This document shows positions 41,554 through 53,098 of a DNA stretch of 63,974 nt, in pieces. Positions within the stretch are counted from its first letter, which is position 1, and each line of letters opens with the position of its first letter. The notes beneath the pieces are model-generated. The model was not told where the DNA came from, did no database searches, and saw only the letters and a program-made list of their open reading frames with translations. Where the stretch lies: the NCBI GenBank assembly GCA_049999805.1, contig JBNGIO010006040.1, positions 17,998 to 81,971 of the forward strand. The letters run 5' to 3'. This DNA comes from Folioceros fuciformis (Eukaryota). The translations under genes and the position numbers were made by a program.

Positions 41554-44315
41554 ATGGAGCCTCAGCAGCTACCAAATCTGTCTCCGCATGTGGCCCCCGC
41601 GCCACAGGCGCAAGGGGATCAGCCTGCGAGGAAGCCGGTGCGACAGCTTGACTTCACATCCATGTATGGCGGGACCGGGGCCTCCTCCGATCCGTCCGTA
41701 CGGTCTGGACAATCTGGCATGTATGGAACCCGACCCACCTCGCCAGTCACCTCTCCTGCGAGGTAGACCTTGTGTGTTAGTGCATTTCTTTTGGTGGTCT
41801 GGGAAGGTGACTTGGCTTCGGGGGCGGTAGGGTTTGCTACTTGTGCACCTCGTTGTAGGAAGTATACCCTTGCAGGCACTAGGAGGCATACCATGATCAT
41901 TGTGTGCAATGACCTTTCCCTTTCGTCCTTGGCAGCACTTCGTTAGTTTGTTTGATGAAATGGACAATACTTGTGCACGACATTCAGTTGCAGTCATTAT
42001 GCCTTTCTGTGCTGTTCAGGAAACACGGATCTCCACGAGCTGCCAGGACTAATTTTGAAGGAGCGCAGTCCAGTCTTCCCCAGACTCGGGCACACAAGGT
42101 TCGGAAAACCAATGTGCAGTACGATCCTGATTCAAAGGAAGGCACTCCTAAGAAATGCAAACAATGCAATTGCAAAAACTCACGATGTTTAAAGCTGTAA
42201 GTTATCATTGGTCGCCAGCTTCCCTGTATATGCAGCACAGCCCATTGTGGTTGATTTTCAGGGCATGCGGAAGCATGTCTTTGGGCCCTAAAACCACATC
42301 TGTTGCAACGTTGCTCTGTGTGTCACAAAAGTCCTAACTTTCGACTCTTCTCCCCCCCTGTGTTTTACAGCTACTGTGAGTGTTTTGCCTCTGGGACCTA
42401 CTGCGATGGCTGCAATTGTGTGAATTGCTGCAACAATGTGGAGAATGAGTTGGTGAGACAAGAGGCAGTAGAAGCAACCCTAGAACGTAATCCGAATGCA
42501 TTTCGACCAAAAATTGCCAGCAGTCCAAACGTCCTTCGAGATAATCGGGTATAAGCTTAGTGCATCTTTGTTTCGTGAATCATATGCACATATGTACATG
42601 TTGCTACAGAGAACTGGCTACGTAAATAGGCTGCTGAGTTTCTGACGTCTATGTTGTTCTACATGGTGGCAGGAGGATGGAGAACAACCACTTGCTGGAA
42701 AGCATAACAAAGGTTGCCATTGCAAAAAATCAGGGTGCTTGAAAAAGTACTGTGAATGTTTCCAGGCCAACATTTTGTGTTCGGAGAACTGCAAGTGCAT
42801 TGACTGTAAAAATTTTGAGGGCAGCGAGGAAAGGCGAGCCCTCTTTCATGGAGATCATCCGTCCTCTATGAATTGTATGCATGTCACCTCAAATGTTAAT
42901 GTATCTGGGGCCGTTGGTCCCGTTGGGTACTCTCCGTCACCTCCAACGAAAAAGAGGAGGCCTAATGACAGCTTTCCTCTTATTCCTAAAGAAGTCGTCT
43001 CTCTGCGCAGACCATCCTTACCTCCGGCACTGCAGGTGCAAATCAGTGAAGATCGTGATGGTGATCTTTAACATGGTTTTTGGTGTTTTGCTTCTCCGTG
43101 TTGGGTCTAATAGGTTCATTCTCATAATGGCAGCAGCCAAGTACAAGTAGGCAATTTCTTCCTACAGTTCCTGCTCCAACCGGCTCATCAGCGCCAGCTG
43201 TTCGGACACCAGTAGTGACCACATCACCAACAAAGGTGGAGTACAGGTGTGTCTCGCTTCGACTGTTGACTTTCTGTGTGGCTGCAAGTTGATATCACTT
43301 GGTTCTTACAACTTGCATGGGGGTTGGGCAGATCCCTCTTGTATGGAGTAGTATCAGCAGATGTGATTCAGGACCTGTGCAAGCTACTAGTCATTGTGGT
43401 TGGTGAGCGTGAGAAAGCGTTTGCAAGTGAGGACCTCACAATAAGCTGTCCTTCCTAGTCACTGTATGCTCTGCATCCTGTGTATCCTAAACTGACTGTT
43501 CCTGGTTTTTGTGGTTATTCCAATCCAGCTGAGCATGGCATCCCGCAAGAAAATCTGCCTGAAAAAGGAAATGGTTCCATTAAAGAGGCAGCATCTGCTA
43601 GCTCTTTAAATAATGCAAAGGACGCGGATGAGGGAAATGTAGACGTAGATGGTCATGATCAGATAGCTAGAAGTGTAACAGCGGAGATCAATACCAGGAC
43701 TAATGGTGCAGAGGCAGCTGAACCAGATGATGCACGTCCAGCCAGGCCCATGTCACCAGGAACATTGGCTTTGATGTGTGATGAACAATACTCACTGTTC
43801 CCAGCACCATCTTCTCCTTCTGCGGGTACTTACAACAGCAGGACATCTTATGATACACGTTTGTACGCTGAGCTGGAGCATGTAGTACTCTGCGAGTTTA
43901 GAGATTGTCTTCAACGAGTTATGATGTCAGGGAAAAAACGAGGTCTGTTTGTTTGTCTATTCCTGTTTGCACTGTGGGTAGTTGTGGTCGCGTTGTTGTT
44001 GGTACCCTGCTCACAGGTCTCAATCAGGGAGTAGCGAACTTAATGTGGGTCTCTTGCTTATTTACAGCTTCCCAGTATTCAACGGAGGCAGCTCGAGTAG
44101 AGTACTTAAATTTTCAGCAACCAAGGAATCCTTTTGGGCAAGATGCGTCTCGCCTTCCACGGCCTTTCCCCACTGGAATGCAGCCTACCCCCGGTGCCGG
44201 AGTTCATCAAGCTGGGTCCAGCTCTGGAGTGTTGGACAGGAGCAAAGACGCAAAAACCAATTTTCAATTGATTCTACAGGATGGTACTGGAGACGTGGAG
44301 AACATGAGGCCGTAG
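41554..44315 (+). CDS. TCX: Tesmin/TSO1-like CXC (CRC domain) protein, TCX5/6-like, LIN54 homologue
   Basis: [10 protein letters not shown], first [24 protein letters not shown], hinge [10 protein letters not shown], second [26 protein letters not shown], and the C-terminal [13 protein letters not shown] motif. Confidence 0.93.
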
Positions 44316-45254
44316 TTTGCAATCCTTTAGAAAGGGAATTAACGGGAGACTTTTTTGGTCTTGATTGAAGAGTCAGCCATACTGTGGGGAGAGGGAATCC
44401 AGTGGGTTTAAGTGCTTAAATTTCGCACGTTATACCGCTTTCGGCTTATTGATGCCCGGTGGGAACATGCTCGGGGGTGACTACATGGTCTGTTGCCACC
44501 GATTGAATTGATGAGTCAGTGGACGAAATAAACTTCGAGCGTCAATGTGCAGATTAGTCCTATGTGCCTCTTCACTGAAGACAAGTTGGAACGAAGACTG
44601 GCATGGCCTATTTATTTTGGACCACTGGCTAGAAGTTGCACTTGTAGACAAAGCTCTCCTTAGGTTCGCAGCTATGTGAAACCTATTTCTGTCGGGGGCA
44701 GTTGACAGTATCAATCTCGAGGGCAGTAGAGTGCATTGCAGCTTACTTGACTTGGAAGCATCGCAAGGATATGTTTCTGCAACCTCAGTGAGGTAATAAG
44801 CTGTAGGCGGTACTTCAAACGCTTGCGCACAGGGTCATTTGTCTCCAACCACACTGGCCTGACGACAAGCCGCGTCAATGATGGTGAGTTCCAAGACGCC
44901 CTCACCTACGTGCTGGAAGAGCTCCAAGAACCAATAATTGGGCACCCCTTCAACTCTTGCCATCTGTCATCCCGTCTTGTTTCGTAGATCATACGTCTTC
45001 TGTTTGAGCCTAGAAGGTTAAAGGGACGACGCTCTAACGCATGAAGGGCACACCGGTTACAGACCTGAAAATTTGAAGGCGGAAGCTCTTGTGACCACCT
45101 TCTGTGTCATCCTGTAAACTCCCTACTACATACCAAAACTGGTCCTTCCACAACTTGTTTGGTGAAAACCGACAAACCTGCAGTTCCGGACATACACTCT
45201 GATGTTTAAACTTTGGTCTTTGATCGCTCCCGTAGAGTAGTTCGCTGTTTCGGT

Positions 45255-46142
45255 CTAAATCATAATCTTCCTCCATCCACAGTTTGCAAGACGCTTCTTT
45301 TCGCTCAGAAACTTCATGAGGAAAGAGGAGTGCCCGATCACGATGATGGTCGCTTCTGCCCTTGAAGCGAGGAACCGCCTGAACATGCCTAACCGCGTGA
45401 CCAAAGATTGCAATGGTTCCCTCTTCTGGAACTGCTTCATGTAAGCATCATTAGGCTCCTTACCATCCGAATACCACCATACTGGCTCCAGGTCGCTGAA
45501 GTTGAACTGTGGGAAATCTGTGGCCAGAGCCTCTGGTGGTCTCCCAACGTCCCCGCTTACCTGCAAATACTCCGTATGAACTGCAGTTATATGGCACGGT
45601 ATTCTTCTCCTCTGGGCCGATTCCATCGGTGCCAGAGCGTACTGCAGAGTTTCTAGGGCCCGAGTCAATGGTGAAGAGACAATCAAATCTGCATTCACAG
45701 AAGCGAGCTTGACCCCGAGATCCCGAGCCTGGCCAACACCGACTTCGGTGAGAGCCAGATCGAACAAACAACTCTCCAGCACAGAGGAAGATGGCTCTAC
45801 ATATCTCTTGAGCCACGTCTGAGCATGTCGGACCAGATAGACCGTCTTCTTGGGGCGATAGAATAAGGAGAAGAGCTTGCCTTCTCCCCTCCCTTGCACC
45901 GCCTTCTTTCTGTCATCCCAGGATTCAGTAACATCGTCTGAGCTGTCGTCCTCCTTCTCCCTAACAGTCGTTGCCGTCCGGCAATCCTTTTGGATGAAAT
46001 TTGGCTCTTCACGGACTTTCTCCTGCTGAACAGCATCAGTCCCTAGCTGCTCTTGATCCTCACACCTGGGCCGCTTCATTGACTTGCCTTCTTCCCAGCA
46101 TCTCTTGCTATCCTTGGCCGACCATACAGGCGCCGCTTCCAT
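45255..46142 (-). CDS. Histidine phosphatase / phosphoglycerate mutase-like protein, intronless
   Basis: VYLVRHAQT (RHG-like), LTEVGVGQA, IVSSPLTRALET and IIVIGHSSF. The N-terminal ~90 aa are charged and low-complexity. Confidence 0.85.
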   Translation of the reverse strand: MEAAPVWSAKDSKRCWEEGKSMKRPRCEDQEQLGTDAVQQEKVREEPNFIQKDCRTATTVREKEDDSSDDVTESWDDRKKAVQGRGEGKLFSLFYRPKKTVYLVRHAQTWLKRYVEPSSSVLESCLFDLALTEVGVGQARDLGVKLASVNADLIVSSPLTRALETLQYALAPMESAQRRRIPCHITAVHTEYLQVSGDVGRPPEALATDFPQFNFSDLEPVWWYSDGKEPNDAYMKQFQKREPLQSLVTRLGMFRRFLASRAEATIIVIGHSSFLMKFLSEKKRLANCGWRKIMI

Positions 46143-46313
46143 TTCACGGGACCTGACTCAATCGGCTTCCAGCAATCTTCGAAAAACCTATCCTTAGAAC
46201 TTTCATTGCGTTGGGAACTTTACTCAGGTACTGTCAATATGTAGTAGGCACAGGATCTAACGGTGGTGTCAGACAGTTGTAAAGCCCTAGACCCTTGAAC
46301 CGGCAAGCGTTCA

Positions 46314-49005
46314 ATGGCCATGGACGACGGCAGGGCCATGGAGACTGAGGGGAAGCAGGTACAGGTGCGGTTCACCACGAAGCTACCACCCTCGTTACGG
46401 GTCACCAACACGCCGTTCATGCTCGGGGCTCATCTAAAGCGTTATGGACTCTCAGAAGTTGTGAATACCCTGCTGGGCCTAGGTGTGTGCCCATGCCACC
46501 CTCTTCCGTCTGCTCTGAATTTGTGAATACTCGGCTGGGCCTAGGTGTGTCCTTCCACCCTCTTCCGTGTGCTTGGTTGTCCTGATCGATTCGTTTGGTC
46601 GCGACCATGATTGCAGATAACCCAAAACCATTTGATTTTCTCGTCGATGGAGAGCTCCTTCGAACTTCATTGGGAGAAGTGTTTCTGTCTAAGAAACTTT
46701 CGACCGTGAGTCCACTCTATGCCGAGATTACAGCTCTTCCGGTTTAATGGTCTTAAGATGCAATACCTTCGTTGTACTACGGAGTGGGGAGTACTTTTTG
46801 AGGGATCAGTTGTTACACGTACCAGGAAAACATAGTGACAATCGAGTACATACCGGCTGTACCGCCTCCCCAGCTTCAAGCGCCCCATGTGCATGCTGAC
46901 TGGGTCAGTTCTGTGGATGGTACAAATTCTAGGTGCGTCTCTTGTTTCAAGACTGAGTTCTTTTGCAAAAGATATCTGTTAAGGTCCTCGTCCTCTTGTG
47001 GGCATCCATACAGTGTTCTTCAGACAGATAGTCTCCCCCGTTGTGCTGAACTTGGTTTGATTGGGCATGACATTAGTCCTCAAATATTGCAGGTTTGTCA
47101 TCACAGGCTCTTACGACAGCTCTGCGAGGTACCTTAGTCTAGACCATGTTTGTGTGTATTTCTCCAGACACATTTGACGAGGAGCACCTATGAAGAATGA
47201 AGGATCTGACTGGCTGTGCAGGGCCTGGAGAGCAGAAGGAACCTGTGTTGCAACATTTTCGGGCCACAAGAACTGCATAACCGCCGTGGTTGCCCTCCCA
47301 GGTACGTGTTATTGTGGCAAATGCTTGATTTTGATGGTATTGTGGACAAGCAATATGATTGCCCTCAGTGCACAGTTTGTCTGTGTGGTAGATAACTGCT
47401 GACTCGCTGCCCTTCGGCCTTTGGAATCTTCAGAGCTAGGAAATGATGATCTAGGTCTGGTTACTGCTTCCAAAGATCGAACGTTGATGCTTTGGCAGGT
47501 GAGTGTTTTACATCTCTTCTTGAGTTCAACTTCTGGCCGGCCAGAGACTGCTCAACATGACTTTGCTCCTGGTCCACTGGGCACAGGGCAATGCTGCTGC
47601 TCATCTCATATGTTTGCTGTCACCTGTAGGCTGCATTGCCCAAGGACGAAGCTCTAGCCGCTGTTCAACCATTGAGAGTTTTTAAAGGACATAAGTCGTC
47701 TGTTCAAACTGTAGCTGCAAGTCCTTCTGGCAATGAGGTGCACTAGGGGAAGTTCCTGTTTCCCAGTTTTATGCAACGGAGATAAAGAGTCTCTTACCGG
47801 TGGTGATGGTATACGTTCCAGATATGTTCGGGTTCTTGGGACTGTTCAATCAAGCTTTGGCTCGCAACTGGTGAAGGAGATCAGGATGCTGACCCTGGAG
47901 CAACAAAACGGAGAAGACTCGGCAGCAAAGGAGGTGCTTTTGAAGAACATCATGTTCAGGTTTGTTTTGACGTCCCTCATGCACTTTGCGTGTCGTTGTT
48001 GTCTCCCTGGGACGCCTGCGGACGAAGCTATAGTTCTGATGTGTCTAAATGCTGCAAAAACTCCAGGAAATTGCTGCCAGGAAGACCTTCGAAGGACATA
48101 CGCAATGTGTGTCATCGGTTGATTGGAAAGAGCAAGGGTCGATACATTCCGTGTCATGGGACCATTCTCTACGAAACTGGGATGTGGAGACTGGAGTGAA
48201 CAGCACTACTTTGGTAATTTTTGGACACCTGTTTTACTCTTAGCACACCTGAGAACTGGTCAGATCACCATGCTTGCTCATGCAGACTTGCAAAACGGCT
48301 CTTCATTGCCTTAGTGTGGGAGGGGAAGGATCTACTATGCTGGCTGCAGGGGGTGCAGATAATGTCCTCAGAATCTGGGACCCTCGCATGCCAGGTATGC
48401 ACGGCACGCAGTATTTGTGTTCAGTCATTCTTTCCGAGCTTACAAAGTTGGGTTGACGTCCATTTCTTGGTATTCCTGCAGGGGTGGTGACTCCGGCTTT
48501 GCAGCTGTCGGGACCTTCAGCACACAAGGCATGGATCACGGCTTGCAAGTGGTATGCCCGTCTTCACTGTGGTTTTCGCACCCTCTTGATTGTCTTCGGC
48601 ATATTTGTTTGTCCTCAGGCAAGAGCGACCGTTGCAGGCATAGAGCTTCGAGGCACCACTTACTTTCAGCTTCCCACGATGGAACAGTGAAGCTGTGGGA
48701 TACGCGCAGCAAGGTTTTGCCATATCTACCACCATTTTCTTGGACTGAAGAACTTGTTTGAAAGAATGTCTTATGGTCACCTTCTCCGATTTGCAGAGCC
48801 CGCTTCACACCCTGGTGGGCCACAAAGACAAGGTGAGCCCTGATTCCCGTCGCGACAATACCACCCAAGGCAGCTCTTTCCTGACATGGTTCTTGGCTTG
48901 CATAAGGTTCTTTCGGCGGACTGGTGGAAAGAGGATTGCCTAGTGAGCGGTGGAGCGGACTCGAAGCTTCGAGTATTTTCCGACGTGCAGCTATATAAGG
49001 TTTGA
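46314..49005 (+). CDS. WDR12: Ribosome biogenesis protein WDR12/Ytm1 (NLE domain + WD40), multi-exon
   Basis: VQVRFTTKL...RYGLSEVVNTLLGL, PFDFLVDGELLRTSL, IEYIPAV..HADWVSSV, several GH...WD repeats, LRIWDPR, and a C-terminal VSGGADSKLRVF. Confidence 0.93.
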
Positions 49006-49470
49006 GAGTGCTGTAGGCCAATCCAGGAGCGAAGTCCGGAGCTTCGGTCAAGTATGAATTTGTCAGTGGCAAGTAATTTGGCTACAGCTTCTCTATGGAG
49101 CACGCGATGCTAGGGTCGTCTACGTCGTTGTTACCACTCGGGAAGAGACGGCACAGTTGTCACGAAAGGGCATGAGCAAGAGTGCACATCAATTTACATG
49201 TCAATGAAGAGGAGCTGTCGCCAATGTCGCGTCCAGCTTGACACTTTCTCCCACAGCGGACCGAGTTGTAACCTACGAAACGAATTGTATCGTGTGGCAT
49301 GCCTTTTCTTGGGAAGAGGATTCCCATAGGACTCCACTGCGTCGTATTTAGTGAAGGGAGGTGAGCTCCTCCAATCTCCATTTGATAAGCTTCTCCATCT
49401 AGAATGCAAGTGCAGCCCCACCTGAACGCTGTGCAACGGTAGCGATGCCCAGAACACAGCCTAAGGACTC

Positions 49471-50010
49471 TTAAGACGATCCTCCTTGGTGGGACTGAAA
49501 GGCGGCCGTGGACATAGCGGCCGCGAACTCCGTGAAGCTGATCCTGCCGTCCCCGTCGGTGTCAGCCTCCTTGATCATGGCGGCCAGCTCCCGCACCGAG
49601 AGCGCGTGCCCGAGGCGCGCCATAGAGTGCGCCAACTCCGCGGCCGTGATGAAGCCGTTTCCGTCTCGGTCGAAGGCCCGGAACACGGCTCGTAGCTCCT
49701 CCACGTCATACGGCGCCTCCTGGGCCATGCTTGGCGCGATAAGATCTACGAACTCGTTAAACTCGATGAGCCCGTTGCTGTTGGTGTCCGCTTTGTGCAC
49801 CAGTGCCTCCATTTGGGCCGTGTTGGGCTTGAGCCCCAGCGAACGCAGCAAAGACCCCAGCTCCAGTTCCGTGATGCTCCCATCCCTGTCCCTGTCAAAT
49901 CTGGCAAACATGTCCCGCAGCTCCGCCATCTGCTCTCGCGTTAGCCTCCCGCTGCCCCGCATTCTGCGTCTGTCAAGCACCCCACCATGTTCCTCCGCCT
50001 GAGCCACCAT
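49471..50010 (-). CDS. CML: Calmodulin-like protein (CML17/18-type, 4 EF-hands), intronless CDS
   Basis: EF loops [36 protein letters not shown] and [12 protein letters not shown], plus [12 protein letters not shown]. The likely start is MVAQAEE at 50010. Confidence 0.92.
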   Translation of the reverse strand: MVAQAEEHGGVLDRRRMRGSGRLTREQMAELRDMFARFDRDRDGSITELELGSLLRSLGLKPNTAQMEALVHKADTNSNGLIEFNEFVDLIAPSMAQEAPYDVEELRAVFRAFDRDGNGFITAAELAHSMARLGHALSVRELAAMIKEADTDGDGRISFTEFAAAMSTAAFQSHQGGSS

Positions 50011-50775
50011 CTCTCTTTTACCCCCGTCCCCCCTGCCCCCGTCTTCCACCACTCCCAACCGGGCAAGGGCACAGCGGATTGGGAAGGGGATAGAAACGAA
50101 AAGGCCAACAGACCAGGGAAGAGCAGAGGAGCGGAGACGAGGAGCGGAGGCAAGGACTGGAGGACAGAAGGCAAGCAAAAGGGCACACAATCCCCCACCT
50201 CTAGCTCTCCTTGCTGACCAGTTACTGGAGCCGAAGCGCAAGGAAAACCGCCCGAAACCGTTGCAATCCGATTCCTGCAGATGCTGCTGAGGCCGCCCAA
50301 TGCGCTCGCGATCGGTGCCACCGCGCCATGCTCCGGACAGAATCCCCGTGGATGTGGCCCGCAATTCCACGCGGATCCGCCGGACCTGGGATCGTCTTCC
50401 TTGGCTCCGCTAGTCGCAAGCCACGAGCTTGCTTGCAAATGAACAGCCCAGCAGACCTGACCGAGTCCCACGACGACCAACGAGAAGCCGTAGCGCGTTT
50501 GCCGGCCGTGTCTGACTCCGACGCTGAGGAAAGGGTGCAGCCTAATCTGCCGATTAGCGTGCTCTGCTCTCCTGATTCACCAAGCAACGTTGCCCAATTG
50601 GGTCGGATTCCCGCACCGCCCTGTGGGCCCCTGTCGCGGCCCGCAATCCCGTTTTGCCGAGCTTTATTTTTGGCTACATGGTTTAAAAACATGAGAGTCG
50701 CAACAGTCCGGCCCATGGTGTGCGAGCAGGCATCCACTTGTAGGGACGGGAGCCGAGCATTTTCCTGCTGCCGCC

Positions 50776-52787
50776 ATGGAAGCTCCGCAGCTTGCGAGGC
50801 GCCCTACAAAGGGCAAACGGAGCAGGGAGATGCATCCCCTAAACAAGCATGCTGACAGGGCTCCAGATTTCGGGTTGCTGGCCTCCCTCTACCCCGAGTT
50901 TGCTGCCTTCGTATCCGTGGATGGGAAAGGGAAGCCAAGGATTGATTGGACGGATTTTAATGCCACCAGGGAGCTCACACGGGTCCTGCTGCAGCATGAC
51001 TACGGCGTCAAGTGGTGAGCCTTGTTGCTCCTGTTTGACCTAAATCATGCTGCTGGGTTGCAGTTGCTCTTGCTTGACGATTATTCGTCTATGCTTCTTA
51101 CTGCGGGCTTGCTTGCCGTTGCAGCTGCTGAAACGCGCTCTCCTGTTCGTGTTTGGGTAGGTGGATATCGGATGGACAGCTCTGCCCTACTGTGCCCAAC
51201 AGGGCCAACTACATCCATTGGATTGAAGACCTTCTAAACCTGTGCCCGGCTCCTTGGCATGGTGATGGGGACCCGGATATTAGGGGGCTGGACATCGGGA
51301 CCGGTGCAAACTGTATCTATCCTCTTCTGGGTGCTGCTCTGCATGGTTGGCACTTCGTTGGTACAGGTGAGTCTTTTGGTTTTGTTGTGGCCAATGCTGC
51401 GTGGTTAGTGTGTGTGGACAGTTGAGGCGAGTTTTTTGCGTTCGCAGATTTCACCCCTGTTGCCATTGAGTCAGCCAGGAGGATTGTGGAAGACAACCCC
51501 CATCTAGCTGAGTTCATAGAGGTTCGGCAAGTTCACGTTCCAAAAAAATCTGCTGAAGAGGATGGTGGCAGGCCTCCTGTTCTGCTCGGTGTTGTCGGGG
51601 AAGACGAGGAATTCGATTTCTGCATGTGCAATCCCCCTTTTTTCAAAGATATGTCTGAGGCGAGCGCAAACCCATGGACAGCTTGTGGTGGGACCGTGGA
51701 AGAGATGGTTTGTGATGGTGGAGAAGCAGAGTTCATACGACAGATTATTGATGACAGTGCAGTTTTGAGGGACAGAATCCAGTAAGTAGCTTACCTTGCC
51801 CACGCCCCTTGCCTCATCCAAGGCATGCATGTCTTTCCGGTATCTTATTCTCGTCTTTGAGCAGGTGGTACTCGTCCATGGTTGGGCGGAAGGCAAATTT
51901 AAAAATGTTGACCGCACGACTGAGGTCGATAGGGGTGACGATGTTGCGGACAACAGAGTTCGTGCAGGGTCGCACCTCTCGATGGGGTATAGCTTGGTCA
52001 TTCGGGTCATCTTCGCAAGTCGTTGCCGATGTGAAGTTATCAGTGCGTAAACACAATACCTCTTTTATGCTGGAAGTAAGTATTCTTGGTGATCCATCCT
52101 ATTGGCCTACTTTTGAGCACACGGTTCTGATCACTGTTCTGATCGTGTGTTTCAGAAGCTTGGTCGTGAATGGACAGCGGCAAAGGTCCTGGACACGATA
52201 GTGTCGGTGATGCGGGATCTAGGAGCTTCCTGTACAGTTGACGTCCCGAGCCTCTGCGTCACTGTAAGATCCTTGAGTGGACGCACCGGCGGTACGGATT
52301 TGGTTTGTCCAAGGAAGAAGAGAAGTAGGGAGTGCTTCGAAAACAGTTGGATCGCAGACTGCCTATCCGATGGAAGTTCTGTTCAGACAACGGAACTTTG
52401 TTTTAAGGCTACGGTCAGTGTCGAAGCGAGTATATTTTCGGGAGGCTTTTGATTAGGTGGTGTGCAGCTAGTAAAGCTGAATGAAGAGCCGTGTGTTGGT
52501 AACCAGGTCTACCAGCAAGCTCCTGGATCCCTTGTTATCGTAGCGTCGGTACCTGGAGGGGAGTCAAACATCTCAGGTATTTATTTCAATCCCCATCCCT
52601 CTCTCCATTTGCACGCTGAGCTCAGCATCTTGGATAGCATGCCGACCTTGTGCTCGTCTTGGCATGGCTGGCAGGCCAGTTTTCTGTCTTCTTCGAGCAA
52701 GTGGGGAGAAGATTGAGATCTATTGTTGGCACCACGTCTGGCACCCAGACACAGGCTCGAATTCTACAACCGAGTTTGAGTACATAA
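50776..52787 (+). CDS. FIO1: U6 snRNA/mRNA m6A methyltransferase METTL16 / FIONA1, multi-exon
   Basis: MHPLNKH..PDF..LASLYPEF, LCPTVPNRANYIHWIEDLL, GLDIGTGANCIYPLLG, catalytic CMCNPPFF, GGEAEFI, WYSSMVGRK and EFVQGRTSRWGIAWSF. Confidence 0.95.
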
Positions 52788-53098
52788 ATTCTACGCGTGA
52801 GTTTTCTGTGAGCTTGGTGACGTGGAATGTCCCCCAGCGGGGCAAAATGTGCGTGTTGCCAGCGCCGCGACTTATACTGATTGATCTCCTTGGGCGGTGG
52901 AGATTCTGAGTGGCGTCGTTCCCTGTCCCGGACGACGTGATCTTGTAGGCAGTTCAGCCTCCATACCTTAACCACGGCCCTTCGCCCTTCTCCGACTCCC
53001 TCCCCCACTCATGTCTCGCTGCCTATTCTCTTCAGAAGCGGACAGGTAAGCGACGAAGATGTGAGGGCGGCAGAGTATCTGGTATCGGTCCGTCCAGC

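Noticed and set aside
50011..50370. 120-aa N-terminal extension of the calmodulin-like ORF
   Set aside because: It reads through a pyrimidine-rich, intron-like stretch after a GAG/GTGGGG donor-like site. It is more likely 5' UTR and intron.
35930..52787. Apparent cluster of chromatin and RNA regulators (SUVR, TCX, WDR12, FIO1)
   Set aside because: These are unrelated housekeeping families in a gene-dense genome, with no shared pathway or motif indicating a functional cluster.
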